A stretch of 64,000 nt of DNA, from NCBI RefSeq assembly GCF_046119375.1, contig NW_027362769.1:370574001-370638000 (forward strand), read 5' to 3'. Below the pieces are notes generated by a model. That model saw nothing but the letters and a program-made list of their open reading frames with translations, ran no database searches and was not told where the DNA came from. The position numbers were made by a program, and so were the translations under genes. Numbering within the stretch: position 1 is the stretch's first letter; the number at the start of each line of letters is the position of its first letter. This DNA comes from Phyllobates terribilis (Eukaryota). Shown piece after piece: positions 14,404 through 27,469 of this stretch.

Positions 14404-14788
14404 TCCTCAGCACCCAGGAGTGATTCCCTTTTTATTTGCGCTCATGGTTTCCATTAATCTGAGGTGAATGTCTATTTAACCCTCCTATGTCAGCAGCAAC
14501 CTAATATAAAAAGCCCTGCTGGCCTCAGCTGTAGTTAATGTTTCGTGGATTGAAATCTCCCAGATCCGGGCCGGCGGTATGGATATTTGTGATAGAATTA
14601 GTGGTACTGCCGGCAGGTCTGGATGCCTCTTTGTAACCACACAAATCCATCAGGAAGGTAAAGCAATGGCCACAGACGTTCTCAGAAGTGTAATTATTGC
14701 AGGAAGGACGGGCACGGAGCGCTGGGATGGGAAAAGAAAGTAGACAAAGGATGATGGGAGTGTGAGACGACCAGAGTGTTACACTGAT

Positions 14789-15327
14789 ATGTGTGTGTAC
14801 GGGTACATGTACTACTACCCCACATGTGTACGGGTACATGTACTACTACCCCACATGTGTACGGGTACATGTACTACTACCCCACATGTGTACGGGTGCA
14901 TGTACTACTACCCCAGATCTATATGAGTACATGTACTACTATCCCCAGATCTATACGGGTACATGTACTACTGCCCCACATCTATACGGGTACATGTACT
15001 ACTACCCCACATCTCATCTTTACAGTACATGTACTACTGCCCCACATCCATACGGGTACATGTACTACTACCCCACATGTGTACAGGTACATGTACTACT
15101 ACCCACATCTATACGAGTACATGTACTACTACCCCACATCTATACGGGTACATGTACTAGTACCCCACATCTATACGGGTACATGTACTAGTACCCCACA
15201 TCTATACGGGTACATGTACTACTACCCCACATCTATACGGGTACATGTACTACTGCCCCACATCTATACGGGTACATGTACTAGTACCCCACATCTATAC
15301 GGGTACATGTACTACTACCCCACATGT
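14789..15327. repeat. 31-bp minisatellite (GTGTACGGGTACATGTACTACTACCCCACAT)n, about 17 copies
   Basis: Direct periodicity. Confidence 0.95.
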
Positions 15328-17466
15328 GTATTTAGATACATAGAAGTCTTTTGTTCTCTGTTATCAGCCATCTCAGGGCAGACGCCGGGTGTTTTTTCTA
15401 ATGGGATGAGTTACAGGAAGAGCAGATAAATGCCGTCTCTTTGATCACCACTTTCTCACGTGTCCTCAGACCCCCCAGGACATGTTATGTACAGAGGTGT
15501 GGACGGCGTCACGTTCCGGCGTCCATGGCGGGTGCGACGCTTCTTACGCAGAACATTAGGACGTCTCTATCTCTCTCTCTTTCTTTTTAGCATTTGCTCC
15601 TTTCGATATATAATACAATATCCACAAGTAGTGACGGACAGTGGGATTATTTCTGGGGGCGACGCTCGGTCTCTGTGCACATGACAGTGTATGTGAAGAG
15701 GGGCGAGAGAAACTGATGTGACAGAAGGGGGGCGCCGCCGAGCGCAGAAGATATTTTTAGGGTAAGAGAACAAGAATCTGCAGGTGAGAGGAATGAAAAT
15801 AAAAAGGCGGCAGGAGGAAAGTGAACAAGTTGAGGAAGACGGTATTTTTAGGATGTCTCGTACCTTGGTATATCTATGGTATCTATTGACTAATCTGACA
15901 TTAGGGAATTAAATGAGGGGTTCATACACACCAGACTTTTTTTTTTATATGTCACCAATAGCCATGACAGAGAGGTGAAAGTTATCACACTCCAGGCTAA
16001 AAAAGGGATAAACATATTCATTAAATCAAAACATCACATAAGTTATGGAGAGAAAATCATCCAGGACCCAGAATGCATTGCTCTCACTATTAGCATTTTT
16101 TTTTTAAAGAGATATTACACATTAAGTAGATAAAGCCTATTCTTGTATAATGATAACTTATACTTTTTTGTATCAGTGGCTCATGGCTTTTTTTTCCCCA
16201 AGATCTCTGCTTGCTGTCACCCACTAGGAACCTTCATTGTTTACTCCCAACGCCCCGGGGTCCTGTGATGATCAGGGCTCGTTACACAACAGCGTCCAGT
16301 ATGAAGGGTCACGGTTAAAAACTGCGGGGTTGCTATGATATTGTATGGAATCATATAAAATTAGTTTGGCACCTTAATAAAACTTTAGAAAATTCCATAA
16401 TCAGTCAGGTGTGGGCAGAATTAAAGAATTGGCACTGCCCACGTTAAATAGGGTGAATAAAGGAAATAGCTTATAGGTTGGTGATGGCCAAAAAAAATGT
16501 AAAAACTGAATATTTTCATGTTTACGCCATGCCATATAAAGTGACCTTGTGCCGCCTGGCACCCTAACCATCTGGGTACATATATCAGTGTCATGCCCAC
16601 GCTCACCTTGTGCTTGGCAGCTGCTGCAGAGCTTTCCGATGGAAGCAGATGAAGCAGAAGGACTCCATGAGCCAGCTGGGTGAGATAACATGAAGGATCC
16701 CCAGACTGGGGTTGGCACACCTGGTGTCGAATCTTTTAGAGTTTCTCCCACACCAACCAGGGCACAAGATGCCAAGTCTGCAAGAAAAATGAGAAAGTCT
16801 TGTGGATGGAGTATGACTCCTATCAGACAGCCCTGGAGTACGAGGATACGATGACTTTCTTAGTCTCTTCTTTCGCGAGATGACCACAGAAACGCAAGGA
16901 GTTTACGGAGCGATGCTCTGCAGGCGTTAAAGAGGCAGATCTCCTCTAATGGGTCTCCTTAGAGGATGACAATGATGGAAACAGGCAGGTTTAATTGATT
17001 GATGCTCTGCAGGATTAAAGTGTTGGATGCTCTGCAGGAGACGTCCTGTGAATGAAGCCTGTGCTGCGGACTGGATGTCCTAGGGGCTTTCATCCTGCAT
17101 TTTGTGTCTTACTCCCCCAGGACCGGGGCTGCATGTGGCAGATTTGACCCAAGCTGCGGAGAGAGCTGCCATCACACCGCCACGCACACACTTGTGTACA
17201 CACACAGAGGGGTGTGCGAGCAGCCTGCCGGCGGTAACAGACACAGCCTGGTATAAATAGCTCATGCTACCAATTCTGCCAGGGTAACCCTTTCTCATCC
17301 GTCACAGCGACAGCACGGATATATACCGCCATACACGGGGAACCTGCGGTGTGCCGCTAATCACTAAGGGGATGGATGGATAGAAATGATACCGAAGAAA
17401 TTATAGATAGATATGATTGATAGATAGATAAAACAATATGAGATATGATACAGAGATACATACAGT

Positions 17467-18971
17467 CGGGGCCGGTTTTAGATAAAGTCGGTCCCCGGGC
17501 AAAAGTTTAAAGTAGGGCCCCAAATGCTGACATACTGTACCATCACATAGAAGCATTTCGATGGTATTTACAAGCGCTGAGTTCAGGCCGTTAATCGACA
17601 GTATTGAAGTTGTTCGACGCTTGTTTCCCGGCCTCTGTACACTGGATGACAAAGAATGATGGGCACAGAACAATCACTAATAGATCAGTCTGTCCCCATA
17701 CAGTATCATGATGTTATCGGCAGCGCATCTGCAGTTGTCACCGGCGATGTGCTGCTGAGAACAATGATTTTTGTTCCAGCATAAACAATCCAATCGCTTG
17801 ATGAATAGGCAGCATTATGCTCGTTTAGTATAATGCACCCCATAGTCCTCCACATAGTATAATGCACCCCCTAGTCCTCCATATAGTATAATGCACCCCA
17901 TAGCCCTCCATATAGTATAATGCACCTCATAGTCCTCCATATAGTATAATGCACTCCATAGTCCTCCATATAGTATAATGCACCCCATAGTCCTCCACAT
18001 AGTATAATGCACCCCATAGTCCTCCATATAGTATAATGCACCCCATAGTCCTCCACATAGTATAATGCACCCCATAGTCCTCCACATAGTATAATGTACC
18101 CCATAGTCCTCCATATTGTATAATGCACCCTCCATAGTCCTCCATATTGTATAATGAGCCCCATAGTCCTCCATATAATATAATGCACACCCCATATTTG
18201 TCCATACAGTATAATACCCCCCCATAGTCCTCCATATTGTATAATGCATCCCATAGTCCTTCATATAGTATCATGCCCCCTATAGTCCCTCATATAGCAT
18301 AATGCACTCCCCATAGTCCTCCACATATTATAATGTGCCCCATAGTCCTGCATACATTACAATGTACCCCTTAGTCCTCAATAGAGTATAATACACAGCA
18401 CATAGTCCTTGATAGAGTATAATGAACACCCCACATAATATAATGCAGCCCACATATAGTATAACGCAGCCCCCATATACTATAATGCCACCCCCATGTA
18501 GTATAATGCAGCCCCAATAGTCCTCTAGTATTATGGTCATCACATACTAACTGATTTAAAATAATAAATACAATACTCACCTCTCCCGGTTCCCCCGGTC
18601 TCTGCAGTGTGTCTCAGCAGCTCCACTGCTCGACACAGCGTGGCACGATGAAGTAACGTCATCGTGCCCCCTGGCTCAGACATCAGACGCAGAGGGGGAA
18701 TGATGGGAGAGGGAGCGTCACCTGATGACTCCCTCCTCCATCATTTCTTTCAACTGTATTGGCATCTACGATGCCGATAAAGTTGAATGTGTAATGCCGG
18801 ACGCAGGGGGAGGGACTGGAGCCAGAGCTGGCACCAGGCCCCCCTGACTCACGGGCCTCATGGCGGGCGTGTGGTATGTTGCTATTAGCAGCTCACCACT
18901 GGCTGGGGGCCCCTGGGGTAGTGGAGGCCCAAGGCAAATGCTTAGTTTGCCTCGCCCTAATTCCAGCCCTG
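17467..18971. mobile_element. Non-autonomous hAT-type element with 8-bp TSD, carrying an internal minisatellite
   Basis: Imperfect TIRs CGGGGCCGGTTTTAG / CTAATTCCAGCCCTG; flanks CATACAGT (17459-17466) and CATGCAGT (18972-18979) match 7/8; inserted into a (GATA)n tract. Confidence 0.7.
17825..18520. repeat. 29-31-bp minisatellite (ATAGTATAATGCACCCCATAGTCCTCCAT)n
   Basis: Direct periodicity, degenerate at the right end. Confidence 0.93.
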
Positions 18972-19117
18972 CATGCAGTATATACAGTAAGATGATAGAT
19001 TACAGTCTTATCTATCCATCACCATCAAACTCGATAGATAATAGATAGATAGATGATAGAGAGATAGATAGATAATAGATATAGAGATAGGTAATATATA
19101 GATAGATAATAGATATA

Positions 19118-19274
19118 NNNNNNNNNNNNNNNNNNNNNNNNNNNNNNNNNNNNNNNNNNNNNNNNNNNNNNNNNNNNNNNNNNNNNNNNNNNNNNNNNNN
19201 NNNNNNNNNNNNNNNNNNNNNNNNNNNNNNNNNNNNNNNNNNNNNNNNNNNNNNNNNNNNNNNNNNNNNNNNNN
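19118..19274. other. Assembly gap (157 N) inside a (GATA)n microsatellite
   Basis: Run of N flanked by gataga repeats. Confidence 0.99.
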
Positions 19275-21323
19275 GGATAGATAGTGATTATCTAGACCTC
19301 ATTGCTTGAAAATAGTTCCTATATTCTGTTTGTAAACTAGGCTTCTGTTCCTGTCGATTCCCATCTTCCATTATGATGGGCCATGTGAATGTCTGCTCTG
19401 ACTGAATGCTGAAAGGCTGCTGCCGATCAGCAGCCACTGATTGACTGCAGCGGTCACGTGGCGTAACAATGACTTGCGATAGACTTCCCTCATTCTACAC
19501 ATAAAAACACAGCAGCAAAGTCGGGATGTGTAAATGTTTGGTGAAATAAGCAAAAAAAAAGGTCAGGAAGTGGTTAACAGACGATATGACAAAGCAAGGG
19601 AGTGTCGAAACTTTTGACCCAGATTTTTCAGCTGAAATGTCCTTTTTGGGTGATACATTTTAATTTCACGAAAGCCCCTTTAACTTCATATGGGTCGGAT
19701 CCCATAGATTAGATTATAAAGTGATTTTTATAGTAATATGTAAATGACTGCAGCGATCGGTTGTGATTCGTGGGGGAACCTTGCTGCAAGTGATCAATAT
19801 CCCTGCAGTGACACCACTGGACAAATATGGTATTACACCTTGCCCAATGAAATGTATGGGATGTCTGGGCAATGTATGGACATGCCGGATCCTCCAGAGA
19901 GAAGGAGAATTGCTCCAGGTAGCCACTTTCTTCGGCAGCTAATTAATGGAGACAAGAACTGAGCGCCCCTCGCCTTTTTAAAGCAGAACTATCCCTAACT
20001 TGATATGGCTTTACTTAATTAATAACCCCTTTAAGATTACATCATAAAGGATTGGTTTTCGATCGACCTCTCTAGAAGGTGAACGGAGACATAACTGTAG
20101 TGAATACAGGGGCTGTAGTACTAGCCGGATCCTGGGGGGGGGGGGGGGGGGCAAAAGATCTCTATGAATAGACCAGTGATAGTTGGGGATTTTGCATTGG
20201 GGTCCACAAGCTTCAAGTGACGTCACTGGGAGGTGAAGGGTTAAAAGTCCTGGTGTTTTCCAGGCCCCTGGCACCAGAGGGGTTACTAGGATGAGGCACT
20301 TTCCATTGATAATGTGAATTATTAATCAGTTTATCTTTGCGTTTTATTTTCCAGGATGAGAAAATCAATTTGTATTCATTTAGTGCTTATTGCCATAATG
20401 TAGACGGATTAATCAACCTGTTTATTACTTGTTGCCTTTTTATACAGATTAAAGTCATTAATGACCCATAGCAAAAAGGTACTCCGAAGCGTAAAAGGTC
20501 CCACCTCTGGGGATATATATATTTTTTTTACTTAAATGCATTCATGAAAAACGTTCAGTTTGCCTTCTATCCTCTATGCTGCATTGTCTATTGCTGGCTG
20601 CAGAATGAGTTAACTGAGATTATGTCAGCAAGCTTGTCCTGACAGGGAGTTTGTAACTTTTATCTGAGCTCCTCTCAGCTGATTTATGGCCACAGACAAC
20701 ATCAAAGTTGAATGTGCAGAGAAACAGATGACCAATAAAAGCCAAACCAGGCAACATTTTTTATTAAATCAAATTTTTTAAGTAAAGAAAAAAGTTTTAA
20801 CCATCTCTCTCCTTTCCATTATGCTTAACCTAGCCCGATTTTTTTCTCCTTTGTTATAGAAAGCATAATCCAAGTTTTTGGAAACTTTTCCAACAACTTT
20901 GGTTTGGCACCATGCACAGTTTTTAGTACTTGGCTCCTCCCATAATAATGAGGCCACGCCCCCAAATCACAACTGTATGTATAGTAAAAAAAATAGTGGT
21001 CATATAATTCCGCCATACAGAGTCTATATATTTTGCAAATCTTTCACCTTAGGCACACATGAAGATAAGAGCACAGATATATAGTATACAGCAGAGTATA
21101 CATGTATCACGTGACTGTAGCAGGAGATAACATCGTATGGACGTCATATCCTTGCGACCCCCTCCGCCGAAAAAAATGTATAAAGGAAAATCCATTGTAA
21201 ATCTGTCTTGTGTCAGCTACCCTTAAAAAATGGAAAGTGTGGGCAGCAAGCAGATACTAATGGTGCAATGGAAGCAAGTTTTATCAGTGGAGTTATAAAA
21301 GTGGGATTCATGTCAGGACTGAA

Positions 21324-22934
21324 GACACTGGACACAGCTGTCGATTACAAGGAAGGTCCTGCCACCACTGTAGAAGGGGTATGAGGGCTATGGTTGCCAT
21401 CTTTCCAGGCCTCAGAGGAACCATAGAAGCTTCTTCATGGGCGGTGCTATTGCCAGAGCAGCGGCTAATTGGACCAGGGGCAGCCAGATTGTTCCTTGGT
21501 TGATGCTACATGTTCTCCTTTGTAAAACCTACAAAAGACAAAAAATATATCTCATACCCTACCATCATTATATATAAATGTAAAGCAAAGTTGCATATTA
21601 GATATAGGGTACTTAGTGAACTATTTTTGATCAAAAAAAGTATACAAGCCGTTAGTATACATATATACTAACCAGCTCAACAAGGGGGATACCACACCCC
21701 TAATTTGCACAGAATGCAAACAAGACAAAAAACCAAGCAATGTGAACTGAGGTTTTTTGTCTTTTGTAGGTTTTGCATCTTTTTGCTAGTGTGAACATGC
21801 TCCTATTTCTTGCATGTGTACCATCTTAGACCTCAGTTCACATTGCTTGGTTTTTTGTCTTGTTTGCATTCTGTGCAAATTAGGGGTGTGGCATCCCCCT
21901 TGTTGAGCTGGTTAGTATATATGTAGCTTACCACGGGCTTGGGTGGTCTGATATTGGGACCCGGTTCTATTTGTCTACCCTTTTATATGCATTACTTCAA
22001 CTTTGATATACTGTAAGGTTTTTAATATAGACAGTGTAGGACCGTCCCAATTTAGGGTCACCTTGTCGCTGGTGGGACGGCTTGTATACTTTTTTTGATC
22101 AAAAATAGTTCACTAAGTACCCTATATTTCATATACAACTTTGCTTTACATTTATATATAATGATGGTAGGGTATGAGATATATTTTTTGTCTTTTGTAG
22201 GTTTTGCATATTTTTGCTAGTGTGAACATGCTCCTATTTCTTGCATGTGTACCATCTTAGACCTCAGTTCACATTGCTTGGTTTTATGTTCTCCTTTGTG
22301 TAGGACTAAAGACACTGGGCACAGCTGTAGATTATAAGGAAGGTCCCTGAGCAAGTACCTGCCACCACTGTAGAAGGGGTATGAGGGCTATGGTTGCCAT
22401 CTTTCCAGACCTCAGAGGAACCATAGGAGCTTCTTCATGGGCGGTGCTATTGCCAGAGCAGCGGCTAATTGGACCAGGGTCAGTCAGATTGTTCCTTGGG
22501 TGATGCTACATGTTCTCCTTTGTGCAGGACTGTAGACACTGGACACAGCTGTCGACTACATGGAAGGTCCATGAGCAGGTACCTGCCACCACTGTCCATT
22601 GTAGGAGGAGTATGAGGGCTATGGTTGCCATCTTTCCAGGCCTCAGTGGAACCATAGGAGCTTCTTCGTGGCAGGCGCTATTGCTAGAGCAGCTGCTAAT
22701 TGGACCAGGGGCAGCCAGATTGTTCCTTGGTTCATGCTACATGTTCTCCTTTGTGTAGGACTAAAGACACTGGGCACAGCTGTAGATTATAAGGAAGGTC
22801 CCTGAGCAAGTACCTGCCACCACTGTAGAAGGGGTATGAGGGCTATGGTTGCCATCTTTCCAGACCTCAGAGGAACCATAGAAGCTTCCTCATGGGCGGT
22901 GCTATTGCCAGATCAGCTGCTTAATGGACCAGGG
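21324..22934. repeat. Four copies of a 200-225-bp unit, interrupted between copies 1 and 2 by a nested inverted-repeat block
   Basis: GACACTGG..CACAGCTGT..ATTA.AAGGAAGGTCC...GAGGGCTATGGTTGCCATCTTTCCAG at about 21324, 22308, 22535 and 22765. Confidence 0.9.
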
Positions 22935-23229
22935 ACAATGAAATTGTGTCCTGCAGGGCAGGGGTGTACATAGAAATCATGGCGCCCATAGCAGAAATTC
23001 TAATTGCCATCCCCTCCCCACCCCCCAAAAAAAAAGAAAAACAAAAGTTAAATATTTGTCGGGGTCACAGAAGAGCATATCTCACAACTTTCCAGCCCTA
23101 CATAGTAATTTTTCTCCTGCTGAAGTCCTAGATTCCTCTTTCATTGCCCCATAAAGTATGATGACAACAAAAGTGCCCCCCAAACACAGTATGATACCCC
23201 AATGGTGAATTCCTCCACATTAGCCTCCA

Positions 23230-24070
23230 CATGCACAGTATAATGACCCTACTGTGCCCCACCTCAACTCCCAAGGCAAAGTATGGTGACCCCAACACAG
23301 TATGATCCCCCAACTGTGACCCCCACACAGCCCTCCGTGAGGTATAATCAGCCTACATACAGTATAATGGCCCACACTAGCCCTCCACACAGTATGATGG
23401 ACCCCACACAAACCTTCACACTGTATAATTGCTTGTATAAAGTATAATGGCCCACCACGTAGCCTCCCATATACTATAATGCGCACCCCATGGTCCTGCA
23501 CACAATATAATGCACGCCCCATGGTCTTCCACACAATATAATGCACCCCCCATGGTCCTCCACACAATATAATGCACCCCCCATGGTCCTCAACACAATA
23601 TAATGCTCCCCCCATGGTCATCAACACAATATAATGCACCCTCCATGGTCCTCCACACAATATAATGCACCCCCCCATGGTCCTCCACACAATATAATGC
23701 ACCCCACATGGTCCTCCACACAATATAATGCACCCCCCATGGTCCTCCACACAATATAATGCACCCCCCATGGTCCTCCACACAATATAATGCACCCCCC
23801 ATGGTCTTCCACACAATATAATGCACCCCCCATGGTCCTCCACACAACATAATGAACCCCCCATGACCCTCCACACAATATAATGCACCCCCCATAGTCT
23901 TCCACACAGTATAATGCACCCCCCATAGTCTTCCACACAGTATAATGCACTCCCCATAGTCCTCCATACAGTATAATGCAGCGCCATAGAATATAATGCA
24001 TCCCCCATAAGGTATAATGCAGAACCCAAAGGGTAAAATGCAGCCCCCTATGGTATAATGCAGCCCACAG
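23230..24070. repeat. 31-bp minisatellite (CACAATATAATGCACCCCCCATGGTCCTCCA)n, core 23490-23990
   Basis: Direct periodicity. Confidence 0.93.
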
Positions 24071-24083
24071 TTCTCCAGTATTA

Positions 24084-25485
24084 CACTGTGTTCCAAATTA
24101 TTATGCAAATAATATTTTCTCAGATTTTCCCAAATTACCTATATGAATTGCAGTCATTGTAATTTTCCAGTCAAATAACTATTAGAGTACAATTGAAAGG
24201 TTTTTGTACAAACTGCCTATGATAACAGTATATTTTTAAAAAAAATAAAAAACTCAAACTGCACTCAAAATGCATGTTCCAAATTATTATGCACAGCAGT
24301 TTTCAACCTTTTCATTTTAATAAAGAACAAAAAAAAATGGTCATTTTTGAAATTATAAGCATTAGCAGGTTATTACAAACTGAAATCAAACAGTTTTCAA
24401 CTCAAAACTTTATTCTAGGTGATGTAACATTTGCACATAGGACCCCTTGTTCGAAAGGAGCTTCTGAACTCTCTCGTCCATTGAATTTGTCAGGTTTTGG
24501 ATGGTTTCTGCTTCAATTGTTTTGAATGAGGACAGAATACCCTCCCAGAGCTGTTGCTTAGATGTGAACTGCCTCCCGCCATCATAGACACTTGATGGTC
24601 CAGATGGATGGAGTGGAGGATAGCTGGTTGATGGACACCCCATGCAAACACGGCTACGGCGCTAACAAGGAGGAGGTGGAGTAATGTTTTGGGCTGGAAT
24701 CATGGGGAGAGAGATTGTCGGCCCTTTTAGGATCCCTGAAGGGGTAAAGATGAACTCCATAATGTATGTTGAGTTTCTCAAACAGCACTTCCTTCCATGG
24801 TTCAAGAAGAAGAACCGTGCATTCCGCAGCAAGATCATTTTCATGCATGATAATGCCCCGTCTCATGCTGCACATAACACATCTGCATCTCTGGCTGCTA
24901 TGGGCATAAAAGGGGACAAACTTATGGTGTGACCCCCATGCTCCCCTGACCTCAACCCCAATGAGAACCTCTGGAGCATCATCAAAAGGAGTGTCTATGA
25001 TGGCGGGAGGCAGTTCACATCTAAGCAATAGCTCTGGGAGGGTATTCTGTCCTCATGCAAAACAATTGAAGCAGAAACCATCCAAAGCCTGACAAATTCA
25101 ATGGACGAGAGAGTTCAGAAGCTCCTTTCGAACAAGGGGCCCTATGTGCAAATGTAACATCACCTAGAATAAAGTTTTGAGTTGAAAACTGTTTGATTTC
25201 AGTTTGTAATAACCTGCTAATGCTTATAATTTCAAAAATGACCATTTTTTGTTCTTTATTAAAATGAAAAGGTTGAAAACTCTGCTGTGCATAATAATTT
25301 GGAACATGCATTTTGAGTTTTTTATTTTTTTAAAAATATACTGTTATCATAGGCAGTTTGTACAAAAACCTTTCAATTGTACTCTAATAGTTATTTGACT
25401 GGAAAATTACAATGACTGCAATTCATATAGGTAATTTGGGAAAATCTGAGAAAATATTATTTGCATAATAATTTGGAACACAGTG
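24084..25485 (+). mobile_element. Tc1/mariner (DD34E) transposon derivative with about 500-bp inverted arms and TA TSD
   Basis: TA|CACTGTGTTCCAAATTATTATGCA ... TGCATAATAATTTGGAACACAGTG|TA. Internal transposase remnant TLDGPDGW...GGGVMFWAGI...FMHDNAPSH...SPDLNPNENLWSIIKR with premature stops. Confidence 0.95.
24590..25157 (+). pseudogene. Truncated Tc1 transposase (C-terminal DDE part, in-frame stops)
   Basis: HDNAPSH and DLNPNEN motifs present; the DNA-binding domain and first catalytic D are missing. Confidence 0.9.
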
Positions 25486-26265
25486 TATTGGATGCAGATA
25501 ATTGACTAACTTGTGGACCCCAACGCAAAATTTCTAAGAGGGTCCCCAACCATCAAGAGTCTGACATTCTGGACCCCCTTAGGCTCCAGGTTGACTGCAA
25601 CTAATATAGTAAAGCCCTGGATACTGACATAATACAACCCTACTATAGTGCATATAGTAAAACACCACCACGACCCCCAAGATGACAAGAGGAGCCATGA
25701 CCACTGAACCCACCAATGAGATTACAGCTTTCATTTTCGAGACGCCCTTTTTGAAATGAGAACTGCAACTCCATTGGCCACCAGAGCCAAGTTCTCCATG
25801 TTTCCTTTGCACTTGTTTTCATAAATCCACCCCCTTCCCGCTTAATTGTTTTCTTTTATGACGGACGGCCATAATCACCAGCCACATTTCTAAGATAAAT
25901 CTTTTGTGCCAATGCTGTAGATATGAGATCATTCACACTGAACGACTGCCGTGTATGTGGTAGACATTAATGTAATAAAATGCAATCCAATCCATTAGCA
26001 GGAAGCTGGCGGGAGGATGATGGGAGAGTTAGAGGTCAGACCCCCTCCCCTCCTCTGTGTACAAGGATACGTACGGCTATATATAGGCCATGAAGGACTG
26101 AGGAGTCACGAGATAATCAATACTGTCTGCAAGTAACTCTGCCGTCCCACCAGAGACTGCTCATGGCGGCCGATCCGGCCCAAACACCTGATCGCCTGAC
26201 TGTGACGCTCCTCCAAATCCAATAATTCTATAAAAAGGCGAAGGTTTGATATAAAAATCCAGTAA

Positions 26266-26694
26266 GGCCTCATTGTAATGGCGGCGTTGCCCATAGCAAC
26301 CACCTATAATCTGATGTGTTGCTATGGTATAAAGGCCTAGTTTTACATTTGTGGCAAAGCCGGGTGACAACCAACAAGATGCCCATTATTTTTTTTTAGA
26401 CAGGAAAGGAGGTTACTACCAACCAAGACTTATTTTTAACCCCCTTATCAGGTATTGCCCCTTCTATAACCCTTCTTGCCCCCCAGGACAGCAGGTCTTG
26501 AAGGAACCATTGGGGGTAGTACTGACCTTGCAGGAAATTTGTGACTTGCCCATTCAGGAGTCTAAGAAAGCATGTCTGAAAAATAATTGCCCCTTGTTGG
26601 TTGTCACCATGCTTTACCAGAAACAGATATAAGTAAAACTTAAGTGGTTGCTATGGGCAACGCCTCCATTTTGTTTCTACGTTACAAAGAGGCC
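26266..26694. mobile_element. Harbinger-like MITE (429 bp)
   Basis: Inverted ends GGCCTCATTGTAA..ATGGCGGCGTTGCCCATAGCAACCAC / GTGGTTGCTATGGGCAACGCCTCCAT..TTACAAAGAGGCC; flanks TAA / TAG. Confidence 0.6.
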
Positions 26695-27469
26695 TAGCAG
26701 CTGTTATCACCCATACATTCTCAAAAAATCAGAAATATGGGACGGCTATTTTTTCCCAAAACAGCGCCACTTTTGTCTGCAGGCTGTGTTTGTTATTGCA
26801 GCAAATCATTAAAGTAAAAATAGTAATACCTGGCACAACTAGTGGACGAGAGTGGCGCTGTTTCTTAAAAAAAAAAAAAGCTAAATCTCTCTTTCCTAAG
26901 GGGACCCTTATTTTTTTCCTGGTGGGACCCTGTGTCTGCAGTGTGATAGCCAGTATATGCGCAGGGTCTTCACAGGTAAGCATAGCCCGCTATCTACCCA
27001 AAGCAAAACTGACACCTAATGTGACAGGTTCCTACAAGTCGAGAGGAAGTTTATTCTGAGATATTCCTTAGGGTGAGATCTTGGCGCTTGCACAGTGGCA
27101 GCGCGTGGCACTCTGCTGATGAACAGACACAGAAGTGTAAGTGCCCAGTAATGTGGGTAAGACGCACATATTACCACCCTGACAGAGACATCACAAGCAT
27201 ACATTGATATACTCGCTGCTATTTGTTCCCCCCTCGCAGAAGGCTTCTGTGCGAGTGCAAATCATGGAGGGAGAGCGGTGCAAGAGCAAGATGTAACATG
27301 ACAGCCCCCCAGGACACGGCAAGAATGTCACATATCTGAAGAAGCACAGCTGAAACCTTTCCCATAGTCACAGGAATCAGCCCGGGCCCTGCACTGACTA
27401 TACACATAACGGACGAAGGTCAGATGTCAGGTCCTAATACACAGGTGTCAGAAAACACATCTGTAACAT

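Larger units (their letters stand above)
22959..25619. mobile_element. Probable hAT-type non-autonomous element hosting the 31-bp array and the nested Tc1 derivative
   Basis: Starts CAGGGGTGTACATAG and ends ATATAGTAAAGCCCTG; no convincing TSD. Confidence 0.35.

Noticed and set aside
26281-26668. Two inverted RFX X-box motifs (GTTGCCCATAGCAAC)
   Set aside because: They lie within the terminal inverted repeats of a MITE, so they are not evidence of a dedicated enhancer.
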